Positions 47,224-59,877 of a stretch of DNA of 64,000 bases are shown here, one piece after another; position 1 is the stretch's first letter; the number at the start of each line of letters is the position of its first letter. Location: NCBI GenBank assembly GCA_000182565.2, contig KQ257459.1; one strand, written 5' to 3'. The translations under genes and the position numbers were made by a program. Source of the DNA: Spizellomyces punctatus DAOM BR117 (Eukaryota). Below the pieces are notes generated by a model that saw only the letters and a program-made list of their open reading frames with translations, had not been told where the DNA came from and made no database searches.

Positions 47224-50200
47224 TTAATCGGAGGCAAGAAAATCTGAATAGCTTTCACGCATCTTGTATGGCAAGGAAAGAAAAGGGTTTAATAGCCTAA
47301 AACCGTCAAAAGAAATGGAATCAAGACTCTTACCTCTTTGGTTAGTGGAGACGTCTCGACGTAGTCCGCCAAAGTCATGGCCATTTCACACCATTTTTTT
47401 GCATTAGCTTGTTCGTTCAAGCTACACCGGAAGCACGGAAATTAGATTTACCAGAAGAATCAGCTGGTTGGAGCAGCTTCCTCACCTCCAGTGTTCGCAA
47501 CCGATATTCCTGGATCAGAGCTCTAATTGAGCGCCCCCTGACAACACTTTGCGATGCAGACAGAACTTACCAAGCTGCAACCATCAACCACTCTACTTCT
47601 TCTTTAGGATATGGGTTTTCCTGGTGGAAGGGGTTAATCGTCTCCAGCAGGCATTCATACCTTATGTCGTCACGTACTTGTGAGCTTGACTTCAGAATTG
47701 CGAGAACTTGGTCGTACAGGCCCATGGCTGCGGTTTTATTCGATACCAACGATGTGCGAACGAGAACGCGAAACCTCAAATATCGTCAATTATATCTCGA
47801 TACTCCAGGCAGGAACAGGCGCGATCGCTAACTTACCATTGGCTGAATCTCTTCACGTCAAATCCTGGATCATGCTTCAAAATTGCATTTAACGCAGCCT
47901 AATCGAGGAGTCTGAGCGCCTGCATAAAAATGCTTGCTGCACAAAAGCATACCTGGATTGTAAGAAATATAACTGTACGTAGTGATGAGATGCACGCCGA
48001 TACCGCGGAACGACCGTACGGAACTCACCTGCGCTTGGACATTTCTGTCGAGTAACGATATCTATGTACAGTGTCACAGGCAGTCTCTCGCAGGAGGATA
48101 ACGCGGGCACCAATTTGGGCTGCCTACCTGCCAACCGTTCGAAAATTTGAACGGGTGCTCCTACAGAATTCGCATACTTGAGGCGGGCAGTGTCAACTCA
48201 AGAGTTATCAGCTTTTTATCACACAACAGTCGAAACGACGACGCACTTCAAGTACAGGTTCAAGCTCCGACCATGCCTCCATTCTCACGTTAATCTCAAA
48301 CTCGAGGTAGATACTTTGATGAAGGACGGGATCGTCCAGTTTAGGTACGGTGACTGCATTGCCCTGAATACGTTTGCAAATCTCTCTCATTGTCTTCAAG
48401 GCTGTCATGGCCTTCCTTAGATGTTCCACGCTCTGCACCGACGATTGCCGGGCAAGTGAGACGTTGCCAGCAGCGGTGGCAAAAAGGCTATTGCAACGAT
48501 GAGCGCGGATACAGATTACTCGAAACTGCAAAACTTACTGACCAGATCTTGCGGCTCTGCAAAACTTGTACTGTTTCCTCCTCTGATAGGCTCAATATGT
48601 CCGCCGTCAGATGGTACAATTCACAAGCTAGCTCAATTTGGTTTGCCACTGCGCTGGAGAGAGCGCAATTCCAAGCGACACGGCATAGCCAGTCCACCTC
48701 TGCAGCGTATGCTTCCGCTGATAGTGAACTCGAGGCTTTCCAGCCTTCCAGCAGACAATAAGCTTGGGGACAACAATATTTAGAAGTGTAGACGGGGCGG
48801 CAGATGGCACTGATTTTTGGTTCCCAACCTTTCTTGATGAAAATTACCAGGTCAGCGAAGATTGCTGCCCTAGGCAACAACACAACAACAAGTTGATGAA
48901 ACATCCATGAGGAATTGCACGCATGCCTTTTACATGAACGTACTCATCCCCTGAGCGGACTTGTGCCTTTGTCAACCGTATTAGGCACCTGTAATTCCGT
49001 GTTTGATGGTCAGATTTTGATACCAGTCGATGCGTATAGTTCATGCACTTGCCGTAAGACGGTCAGCAAATTTGCTCCGTTGTCATTGGCAGTCCAGTCC
49101 ATTGGCGAGAGGACGATGTGCTTCAAGACTTCTTGAATAACTTGCTTGTTGCCTTTCTATCGCAGAGTGAGCGCGGCAAAGATTCTGATTGCGGGTCACC
49201 TGGAATATACTACCTTGAACGCCGCTTGTGCGGCACTGACAAAGTATTGAAATGTATCCTTCCCACAAGGTATGCTCTTAAGGTGATCTAGTGCTGAAAC
49301 ATATCATATCAGTGACAGACAATTCTTTGGGAATGGGGATAACGTGGCAACCTCGCTCTTGATTGGATTGCTCCAGCAATATGATGTAACTGAGAAAGTC
49401 GTTGGTGGGTGAATTCTCCTTAGCGGCGGCTTGTGAAATTAAGTTGAGTAACAGTTCGCCGACAAAGTTTGCGTACACTTGACACCTTGTAGACAGCAAT
49501 CGTAAGCTTGACTGTGCTGTCCAAGCTCTAGGTAGCATATAGAAAGTTTTCGATGCACGAGAGCTACAGCAATTTCAGCGTAGGAAACGTCTGCACTACA
49601 TATAGACCCGACCATACCAGTATTGCGTGAGTCCATTGGGTCATCAAGTAGAAGTCGGGTGCTGCATTTGAACCACTTAATGGCATCCGCCCAATGACCT
49701 TCCTATCGTTTCAAACGGTTATTAGACGTAAATCTTTTTGGTCGGCTGACGGTCTTACCTGAGCGGCCCTATCCGCCGCTTGCCATAAAATCAACTGCAG
49801 GTAGAGTTAAAACTGCAAATTCCGAACGGACAAACTACCCATCTTAGCATACTCGATAAGTTTTTGCTAATGGAACATTCGTGTCTGTATCCACAACTTT
49901 GTCTGCCGTAACAACTGTCAGGTTTCCGCAGAACCCGTTTTGAGATAAGAGACCGGCATTCTCGTACCTATCAGATTTTCTACTTGCGCGGTGACCTCAT
50001 CGTCCACATTGGTTGCAGTCATTAACAGGTACATCTTAAGGATACGCAACCTCTCCACCTGACGGTCCTCCAACGAGACTGCTGATTCTTCAAGCCTGTG
50101 CAGGAGTACGTCAACAGCCGCCGCGGCCACAGTTGGGCTGTGCATGGAAGGGCCGTGAGTTTTCAGGGCGCATCTCATGCAGCCTTGAGTTGCAACCCTT

Positions 50201-51983
50201 ACCTTGTGTGCCTTGCCATGATATGAAGCATTCCCAGAAACCTATCTCCAGAACATTTGATACCAGATAAACAGATACCATTCTACTAACATTCTTACAG
50301 TTTGAACTGCTCCGGGTCCTTTACGGTACTAGCACAGTGTTCGACTGCCAATTTGTATACTATAAACGCGGTCGGTGAATGACGTGAATTCATCACTATT
50401 CACACGTCATATAAAATACCTTTATCCATTGCAAGTTGCTGCGGAGGATTTTTCAGGGTAAGACATTTAATCTTCAGGTGATATCCAAGAAGCGTACTAG
50501 GGGATGCCTGTAACATTCATTCCACCAGTGTATAAATGTTTGAACGTGCTGCAAATAACATCATATTGAAGTATACTCACTTGTAGAATCAGATCGGCAG
50601 ACTGTTCAGCCGCCTCTAATGCGTTCATGTCCATGTACGATGCAGCCAAAAAGAGGAGGATCTCTGTCTAATGGAAACAGTCAACGCATGAAGTAATATA
50701 AGTTCAAATACAAGCCTAGAACCTACCTTGAGCGCGCATCCATTTGCCGACGTTTGATTTTTAGATTCATCTAACAAGTCTATCCCAGTTCTGCACCATT
50801 GTACTGCATCAGCAGATTTTGTGGCCCTGCGTGCACAGTTCAGACAGATTTGCGCAACTTCTTCTAGCTGAAATTCAATAGCGTGAAGACAGTACTTGCA
50901 TCCAGAAAATAGATGTGCGTCTACTGTGAGATACCTCCCCAGTACCAAGGTACGCCTTGGCTTCCGTATTCGTAACATTATGCATGAGCATGAATGCTAC
51001 GGCAGACTCCGAGGCGACAAATTCCTGAAATTGTCCGGGCCATCAAAGAGCCAATCACGTCATTTGATCAGGGTACATACGCACAAGTTCTCCTTTATAA
51101 GCTGCAGTAAGGACTGCCAGCCTTTTTGCTTCTGCAACCTCAATAGCGCACTGTCCAGAATACTGCAAAACATTGGTTATTAAATGACACTTCCGAAACT
51201 CCGTGAAGTATTTGCGACGGCGTGTACCTTGCCACACTGTTCGTAGAGCTCCCTTGCTTTGTTATAATCGCCAGAATCTAGCATAAAGAATATATAGCAA
51301 GAACACGGGGAGGTATGACCACTGTCATTTTACCGAACCAACTTCGCCCAGCTTTTAGCGCAAGATTTGCCAGTTTTGTAAGGGCTATCACAAGTGTGAG
51401 AAGGAACAACTCCGCTATTATGCATTTAGACAATATTGAATGCACCTCTGCTGTTCATTTCATCTGGAGCCGCTAACGTTAAGAGGGCGAAGGCTGCCGA
51501 TCGCACTTGACGAGAACATCAATGAAGGAGATTCGACCGGTGGACGTCATTGCACAAGGTACCATACTATGTGCAATTTGGGTAAGGATCTTTGCGCTCA
51601 TCCTTTTTGCGGAGATCTTTATCTTAAGGGACTCGTTCCATATGCGTACACCTGGGTAGGTGTCCCGTTCGAAGTTCGCTCAGTTGCGCAGTGACCAGAT
51701 TGCGCGAAAGTATTCACCGCACCAGTGTCATCAAGCCTGTCTAGTAGATCTACAAAGGTAGCATTCTGCTTATCCTTGGCACTTCTCATCTTTTCGACTA
51801 TCTCCACGATCCTCTCACAATGACCGCATGTTTGACCACATTCACTATCCTTTGCGAATAGACTGCCAGAAAGCTCTATTTTCCCAAATTCTAGTGTCCG
51901 TTGAGTAGTTCACGGTTGCATGGCTTACCTTCTATCTCGCGAACCAGAATTTCATAACCCGATGTCGGCGTAGCGTCCCGCAT
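47224..51983 (-). CDS. SPO22: Meiotic TPR protein Spo22/Zip4/TEX11 (highly intron-rich)
   Basis: Helical-repeat exons: LILWQAADRA..WADAIKW, HRKLSICYLELG, EVDWLCRVAWNCAL, YPKEEVEWLMVAAWN, WCEMAM. Predicted start MRDATP at 51983, stop 47224. Confidence 0.75.
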
Positions 51984-52581
51984 CGCTCGAGGGTCAACGT
52001 GGGAAACTGTGGGCCACCAGGTTGATCGGGACTGCTTACAAGGACCACGTGGCGCTGCGTGGCGCAAAATGTATTACATAAGCACATACCATTTGCCCTC
52101 AGACTCTGTGAGTGCATTGGTCGGCTCTCGACCACCTAGCTCACGTTGCATCAAGTAAGAGTATAGGTAGTCTTTGTAAGGGGCAGTAAACATTGTACTG
52201 GGCGAATAACCGCTGATCGGATCATATCTGAAGAAATCACATCCGGTCCTCAACGCCTAGACCGAGCATATAATGATCGATGTCATCTGAGATGCAACTT
52301 TAAATCTGTAGATACAATTGGCATGGTCCCCTCTAGTTCTATTCTTGAAAAGCTATTGGAAGACGATCAAATCGTTAGTTCTGGTCGCCTCAACCCGTCG
52401 CCATATACGCGTCACGTGACCGTTAAATGGAGGTGTTTGATTGGCTGATGTTTTTTCACCATTTTTCGCCAACTTGGACATTGCGAGGGACCTTTCCTTT
52501 CTTCCTTCACCTACCCGAACATCACCCCACACGGACGCTTGATCTCCACGTCCCGGGCCACACAGGAACAGAACAGGCAGG

Positions 52582-53501
52582 ATGAAGCACAACAACGTTT
52601 TACCCAATGCGCACTTCCGCAAGGACTGGTTAGCATCGATTTCACGGATTCCACCAATGTCGGGACATGGGTACAAGACATTGACGTGATTTTGGTTTTA
52701 GGCAACTCCACGTCCGCACGTGGTTCGACCAGCCCGGTAAGAAGAAGTCGAGGAGAGTCCACAGGATCAAGAAGGCTGCCCAGATTGCCCCTCGTCCCGT
52801 TGATGGTCTTCTTCGTCCTGCTGTCCGCGGTCAGACCGTCAAGTACAACATGAAGTTGAGGGCTGGTCGCGGTTTTACCTTGGAAGAGCTCAAGGTTAGC
52901 ATCTTAGATTATTTGGGATCCAGGGCAATCAGGTGGATGGAGTTCGGAAGCGTGAGGACATGGTGGCGCGGAGCTGAGTGGTAGTGGACGGATGGGGTGT
53001 TGTACGATATGTGTTAACACATCTCGTCTCTTTTAATGTGTTTTCAGGCAGCTGGCATCCGTCGCAAGGAAGCCCGCACCATTGGTATCGCCGTAGACCA
53101 CCGCCGGAAGAACCGATCTGTCGAAGGTCTTGAAGCGAACGTCCAGCGTTTGAAGGAGTACTCTGCACGACTCATCGTCTTCCCCAAGAAGGCGAACAAG
53201 CCCAAGAAGGGTGATGCTGATGTAAGACTATGCAGCTACCGGTGAGGTTCTACTCACCACAATTGCTGACCTAAACCTTGATAACTTGCAGGCCGCCACT
53301 GTTGCCGCTGCCACTCAATTGCGTGGTCCTGTGCTCCCTATTGTCCAACCTGAGAACACCGACATTGAGAGGCCCATCGGCGAGGCTCCCAAGGTCCAGG
53401 CATACGCTACCCTCCGCAAAGCTCGTTCTGACAAGCGCCTTAAGGGTGTCCGGGAGGCTCGTGCTAAGGCTGCGGCAGAGGAGGAGAAGGCCAAGAAATA
53501 G
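52582..53501 (+). CDS. RPL13: 60S ribosomal protein L13 (eL13)
   Basis: [16 protein letters not shown]...TWFDQPG...[12 protein letters not shown]...[10 protein letters not shown]; 3 introns. Confidence 0.97.
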
Positions 53502-53868
53502 AATTAATAGCCTTTTCTTTGGTGCATATTGTGGTTCAATATTTGAGCATTTGAGGAACATTTGTTGTGAGGTATCTGTTTTATATGGCTTATCACATAT
53601 CATGACGCTTCGTCGTCTGATGTGAATGATGACTGTGAATGTGCAAAAGGGATTCTGTAAATTGGCATACAAGTGAATCGCTCCAGGGCGCCAGTTTGAT
53701 GGTAATGTCTGTCTGGCAGTAGCGACTTCGCAGGTCATTGCCAATGTTATTTGTAGTTTGGGTCTAAAGGCAAACGCTGACACAATGATGAGAGTGCCAC
53801 GTGATCACTGAAACGGGAGTATAAAAGAGCAAACGCCTTGCACTCCTCCATCTTTGAAGCAAGCAATC

Positions 53869-54404
53869 ATGGCACAATACGAGCTGTACCGGCGGTCGTC
53901 GCTTGGCATGGCTTTGACGGATACACTCGATGAATTAATTACAGAGTCGCATATTGATCCTCAGATTGCTATGAAGGTCCTTGCGCAGGTGCGAAAGAGA
54001 GTTGGGGGAACGGTTGGCTTGCAAATACAAGTGTCGCCTACGCTTGCACACTTTGTGAAATGTTGATTTTATGGGTGTTTTGTATGGCGTCCGTCACGCA
54101 ACCTAACCCGACTCCAACCCTCCTTCCTCAGTTTGACTTGACAATAGCCGAGGCCCTTCACAACCGAGTGAAAGCCAAAGCTGCCATAAAGGTAACCCGC
54201 CATCTGATCCTATCAACCTAAATCAAGCACTTACCGAATGGAATTTAGGGTCACTTGCACGTCTACCGCTTTTGCGATGATGTATGGACATTTATCGTTG
54301 ATCGACCTACATTCAAGCTGGAGGGAAGTGAAACCGTTCATGCGGATCGGATAAAAGTGGTGGCATGCACGGCGAGGGCTCCGCCAGGAGGAAAGCCAGA
54401 GTGA
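53869..54404 (+). CDS. TOA2: Transcription factor IIA gamma subunit
   Basis: [21 protein letters not shown]...FD...[15 protein letters not shown]...KVVAC; TATAAAAG about 50 bp upstream. Confidence 0.95.
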
Positions 54405-54820
54405 AGGATTGGCAACTTTTAGGTTGTGTTGAGCTTGGATCATTAATTTTCGGTAGTATGAGTTGCGGCTTTGGTCGCTCTTGATGTTTTGTTTGGTGTA
54501 AATTGATTTTCTCGTCTGTTCCTTTCAACAATGCCGACCCGCCATTTAATCTGGCACTGCGCCTTATTTGCCCCTAATACTTTTCAATATTTGATTTTGT
54601 ACATACATTACATGGTGGTTACTTTCACCTAACTCGTATCAGAAAATAAACACTGAACCCACATCCACCACAGTCTAACTGGTAACAAAAAAAATGCATA
54701 TAACAGTAACACTAACTAACTTCACAATGCCGCTGATGAAAATAACAAAGGTAGCAGACGTTTCCCATCGCGAGACCGATCTGGCTTACAGCTAGACCAT
54801 CATGATCGCGGCGCACGGTA

Positions 54821-56232
54821 TCAATCGCCGCCCAAATTCTTAAGAGCATTTCTCAACAATTCCACATCGAACCTATCTTCGTCCCCCTCCCATAATCGAT
54901 CGTCTCCGGTCATATCTGGGAATCGCTCGCTGGGTGGGAGGATGTCTGTTTGTGGTATAGTGGGTGTTTGACTCATGATTGAAAAGCGACCAGCGCGTTG
55001 GGTTTGGTAATTATGGGGAAAGTCAGAGGAGTCGGAATACGCTCCCAGCTGTGGGTGGTTTAGAGCAGAGATAGAGTGAAGCGACATGCAAACAAGTTAT
55101 ACCTTTTTGAGGCCTTCGTATATTGTTTCGTAATTTTGCAGTTCGCCTCGCACACCGCTTGCACAATTTTCTAATATAAATTCCATATTGTGATGTGAAA
55201 GGGTATCATGCAGCGTTTGATTTTCTACTGTTAGTCGCTTAATCTCATCTGCTATGCTCATTCGAACATTTAGAGACTAATTGATGCACGAAATTGAATG
55301 ATAAGTGCATTGCGATGGAAAAGTCAAAGTGCAGGTCCCTGAAACGTACGGATTGCAGGGCTTTAATATCCCTTTGCTTCTTCTTCCCCAGTTTATATGA
55401 TTTATCCTCTTCCTGATGTAATCGCTCCACAAGTTTGTTTATTTGGTCTTTGTTTTCGTTTTGTCTCGAGGTTACTCTCGTCATAATATTTTGGATATTT
55501 TGGGTCAATGGTGCTTCAAACTCGCGCTCTAGGCTTTCGGCCTGCAAGACATGTACGATATCAGGTTGTGTCTAGTCCGCTTGTTTTTGAATTAATGCCT
55601 ACCCAAATTTGATGAGCGTTTGCAATGAGATGTGTACTGTCAATTAAAAAATCCAGGTCGCCCACCACATGAGGTCGCCGTATGTGCGCTAACCAGCAAG
55701 ATCAATTACGGTCAAGATTTGCACAGGGAACCACACATGCGCTCACCTGCTGGAACAAACTCGGCCAAATCCTCCAAAGCCCTCACAAAGGTTTCGCTAG
55801 CAGCAGCAAGAGCTTGGACCTGCCGTCTATACACCGCCAGCGCTTGGACAAAGGACTGATATTGCCGCATCGTCAGCCGCGGCGGAGGGAGCCTTGCTTT
55901 TATTACTCGCGGGTCGTTGGGTCCACCTAGGTGTAAACGCAATAAGTGACTTTCCAGTTGGTTGGGGAGTGACAAACACGCGACATACCAGCAACACTGG
56001 CGGACGAGTCAAACCTGCCCGCGGAGAAAGGTGCAATCGCGTGCTGACCCATATGAGCTCGTTTCTCATCCAAACTGATACCAGAGTCACCACCGTCTCT
56101 CCGCTGAAAGTGGTGCGTTGGGTGTTTGAGGACATCGCCCATAGCTGCTGCGGCTTGTGCTTGTTCAGCGGAGAGGAGGGGAGTAGGATTTGAGATATCC
56201 TGCTTGGATATTCTCAGAGGTTTTGGTGGCAT
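54821..56232 (-). CDS. Ivy1-like I-BAR/IMD coiled-coil protein
   Basis: YQSFVQALAVYRRQVQALAAASETFVRALE, HLIANAHQI, LEREFEAPL resemble the fungal Ivy1 IMD domain. Confidence 0.55.
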
Positions 56233-56489
56233 AACGGCGAGTAGCTGCCTGCGTCCGTAACAAATCTAAAAACGTTGAAAAGATGTAGCAGTTGTTCAAT
56301 GAGGAAGAAATGTTAAAATTGGGGGGATGAGGTCCAAATAGCTTTTCAAAACGAACGCGGGAGAATTTGTGTGAACTTTGACGCTTAGCGCCTTGCTGAA
56401 ACGCAGCATTCATTTATCCCAATATGGTAGTAACAGTGACTATGCCGCCTATTTTCCTATTATGGCTACATGCTGATGTGGTAAGCTAT

Positions 56490-58253
56490 CTACGCTACCT
56501 TTGAACGAAGAGGACCCGTAAACCCTCCTGCACTGCGACCGACACCCAACCTGTGCTTCAGCTCATTCAATATCGCTTTCCGATCTTGCACTATCCCACC
56601 ACCCCCTGCAAGCACGTCGGAATTCTCAAGTGCACGTCTCTGGAGATAGGGAATCGTCACACCAATAGGTCCGTACGGTATGTACTTAAATACCTTGTAT
56701 CCTTTGCTCGCCAACGAGAAAGTTGTCCCATCTTGCATACCCATCAGCTGTGCAAACGCCACGGATCCTTCTCCTGCCGGAACATTGAACTGATTCATTT
56801 GCTGGCATGCGTGTTCCACCGAATTTTGGTTATGCGATGCGACAACAAAACTAAGCGGACGAATGTTCCCTTCCACTGTTATATTCGAGTCAGGGCTTTG
56901 AAACCCGGATATTTTGTTCACCAGGAAATCGATGGCCTTGTTGTAGGCAGCATGGGTAGCTTCGATGGTAGGTTGAATAGGATCTGGAATTCCTAGTTCC
57001 TCGGCACGCTCCCGTTCGGCATGCATATAGGCGCCACGCACTATTTTGACGCCAAACGAGTATCCGTTCCGCTCTGCCCTCTCCACATCTAGCACCAGCC
57101 GTTCGTATCCGTCCTTCAAATACAACTGGTAGGTATTGTACAAGACAGGACCGCGTCTTCCGGCCTCATTAGGACCATGGTGCGGTGGGTTGAATTTCTT
57201 GCACAGATTCAATCCAACATCATCAATAGCCGGCTGGAAATACGTTTGCTCCGCGTCTACTAGAATTCGGACGCGGAGGTCACGGGCGTGCTGTGCGACG
57301 ATATCAATATCGGGAATGACAAGGTCTGTAGTATCGAGATCGTCGGCGGATATGAGTTGATTATCGGGTGTGACTGGTTCAATGGGAGGACGGATGAGGG
57401 AGCGAGATGCAGATGAGTTGTAGAGTGAGAACGTATCCGTGACATCAAGCCAGTCGATGAAGCCGTCCTTATCGCGATCCGTAGCAGCGAACAGTGCACT
57501 TGCCGTGTCGCCTCTCAGATGAGGAAATGTAGCTGAAAGCTCCAAAAATTCTTCCAGACTCAGCCTACCGTCTCCGTTTCGGTCAGCTTTCCGGAAAGCC
57601 GCTTGCAGTAGCACAAGCGTATTGCTCCAGCGCTGGAGAATCAATGGGGGAACGAGCGCAGTGACTTTTAGCGCAATGAAGCTTCCTGGTGTCTTGCTGG
57701 CTATGTCAATACTCTCTTTAAACATCCCAGCAACTTTACGAGCTTGCTCTTGCGCAGCAGGTCCTGAAAGCGAAGCCGCATCCACATCCGCTTCAAGGGC
57801 CAGGTCAAGGATGCTGCCAATTTTTAGGCTCTTGAAGTTTTCCATGGTCGGAACAACCTCGGCAAGGTCTTCTCCACCTGTCGCAGAAAAACATATACGT
57901 GAGTCCACAGTTCAGAGAGGTCAGGCTCATCAAATATGCATACCACAAAAATGTCTAAAGAAAGTCTGCTTGATGACGGCATAAACCGGCCGAGTCAGTT
58001 TCATTTTTTCGGCCCACTCCAAAATCGTGGGAGATGCCTCCACTATCTTTGGCATTGCACATAGTTGAAAGACCAAGAGGGAGTTTAGCAGTTCTGCGGT
58101 AGAGCGGGTCTTGTAGGGCCGAACACTGTCTAGTGACGAATTGTGTGCTTGGGTTGCCAACGAGCGAGTTTGAATGAGGGAGCGAGCGAGGCTGAGAGAA
58201 CAAGAACCGTGCGGCGGTCGGATGCGAGTGAGTTGACGGAGTGGAAGGGACAT
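56490..58253 (-). CDS. PUT1: Mitochondrial proline dehydrogenase with EF-hand pair insert
   Basis: Presequence; TFFRHFCGGE; IALKVTAL; LVDAEQTYFQ; NTYQLYLK; KIVRGAY; VASHN; FAQLMGM; KYIPYG; YLQRRALEN. Confidence 0.95.
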
Positions 58254-58577
58254 GGCCAAAGGTTCAAAATGGTTGCTGGAAGAAAACGAACGCAACAACA
58301 AACAGTCGGCTGAAAAACGAGGGCAGCTGATATCAACCAGTTGCTTATATAATCCCAATCGCAAATGGAAATTAAACGACCGCGCATTTGGAGCTACAAA
58401 TCCCGTACTGCCAGATAAAGGTTTTTATACACCTTCCCGGCAGCCGCGACGAAAAAAATCCCGTCCATCCCGCAGCCGTCTGCTTGCTTCTGCATGTTAC
58501 ATTGAAATGTCCAATACGGCGACGGTGCTCGTCCGCCTTAACGGCTACTTTATTCTTGTCCACCTATCTTGTCACTA

Positions 58578-59319
58578 GTGTGCAGGTGGTAGAAAATGTC
58601 ACTAGGGACAAATTCTCCCTCCAACCCACTACAGCCGGTTCTAATTTACAATTAGCCAGCCTGTCCAACCCTTCATAACCTATCCTGCAAACGAGTTCCA
58701 CCCCTATCCTAACTCGCTACAGGTTCCAGCCTGGGTTGAACTGGGGTACATGAAAAGCTAACTACGACTAGGCCCAATTACACATGCAATGCATTACGGT
58801 TGGTTCTAACCGGGTAACTAAGCCCACCACACGAGAGAAATCCTACTTGATTCCGAAATTCTTTGGTCGGAGGATGTTTCAGATACTAGTAAAATCAGAA
58901 TACTTAGACTGGGAATATGCATGGGAAAATACAAAGATAATGCATACCTGCGATCGTAGCAATATAGTAGTAGCAGCGTTTGCAAAGGGTTATGTTGTTG
59001 TTGTAGTCGGGAGGGCGAGGTCCTCGGCACCAGAGCAGTACTCTCATGATGGACTTGAGAGTTGCTTGAGTGTTGTGCAGATGCTTTGAGAGTCGAGGAT
59101 GGGTAAAGAGGGAAGAGACAGAAGGCCCCCCTTTTATAGACCTTCAGCATGCGCCTCACCGCAGTTTAAAAAAAAACATTACATGCATGCCACACCACAG
59201 TTTGGCGAACATTACAATACATGCCACACCGCTTTGAGCGATAGATGGGGGTGCTGATTATGCGATATGATTAACCGGATAAAAATGAGTCTTAGTGCCA
59301 TTTTCAATCACCTCCACAC
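58578..59319 (-). mobile_element. Non-autonomous repeat copy 2 (TA-flanked, terminal inverted repeats)
   Basis: TA|GTGTGCAGGTG ... CACCTCCACAC|TA; inverted homolog of 11718-12184 with extra internal segments. Confidence 0.78.
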
Positions 59320-59877
59320 TAATAAATCGTTGGTTCGGTAACATTCCGATGTTAGCACGTGATATCACATGCCATCATGTGCTTGCAGAGTCGCAGCGAC
59401 GAGGTCACGTCGTTAAAGGTGACTGTGCCTCTACACGTGAATACCCAAATTTGGATCACTTGACTCTTCCCCCCCTCCCCTTCCGCCCAGCTCCAAAGGA
59501 ACTTGCTTTTCCTATCGATGGGTCGGGCTCGTTTCCCACGCAGGCAATCTGAGATTTACTTGCCATCTCTACACGCTTTTTGCCAACGACCTTTACACGA
59601 TACCGACTTCTAGTCTGTTCCCCTTCTAGTCCGTTGGGTGACCGCCCTTTTGCCTTTTTGCAACCGTTGGATATCTGTTCCTCGGGCTAGGCTTGGCAGC
59701 ATTTGAAGCAGGAGCTTGAAAGTTTACGCATATTTGTTGCGGAAGAAAGCTCTCAAGTGCAAATCTTGTACTTTGACATTGCACCGGCGGTTTGGCTGTA
59801 AGTATTCTTACTTCCCTTTGGTGCTGTTATGAGTGAGGACCCGTACTGACTGACCGATTTGGCAGCGCCACCAACTA

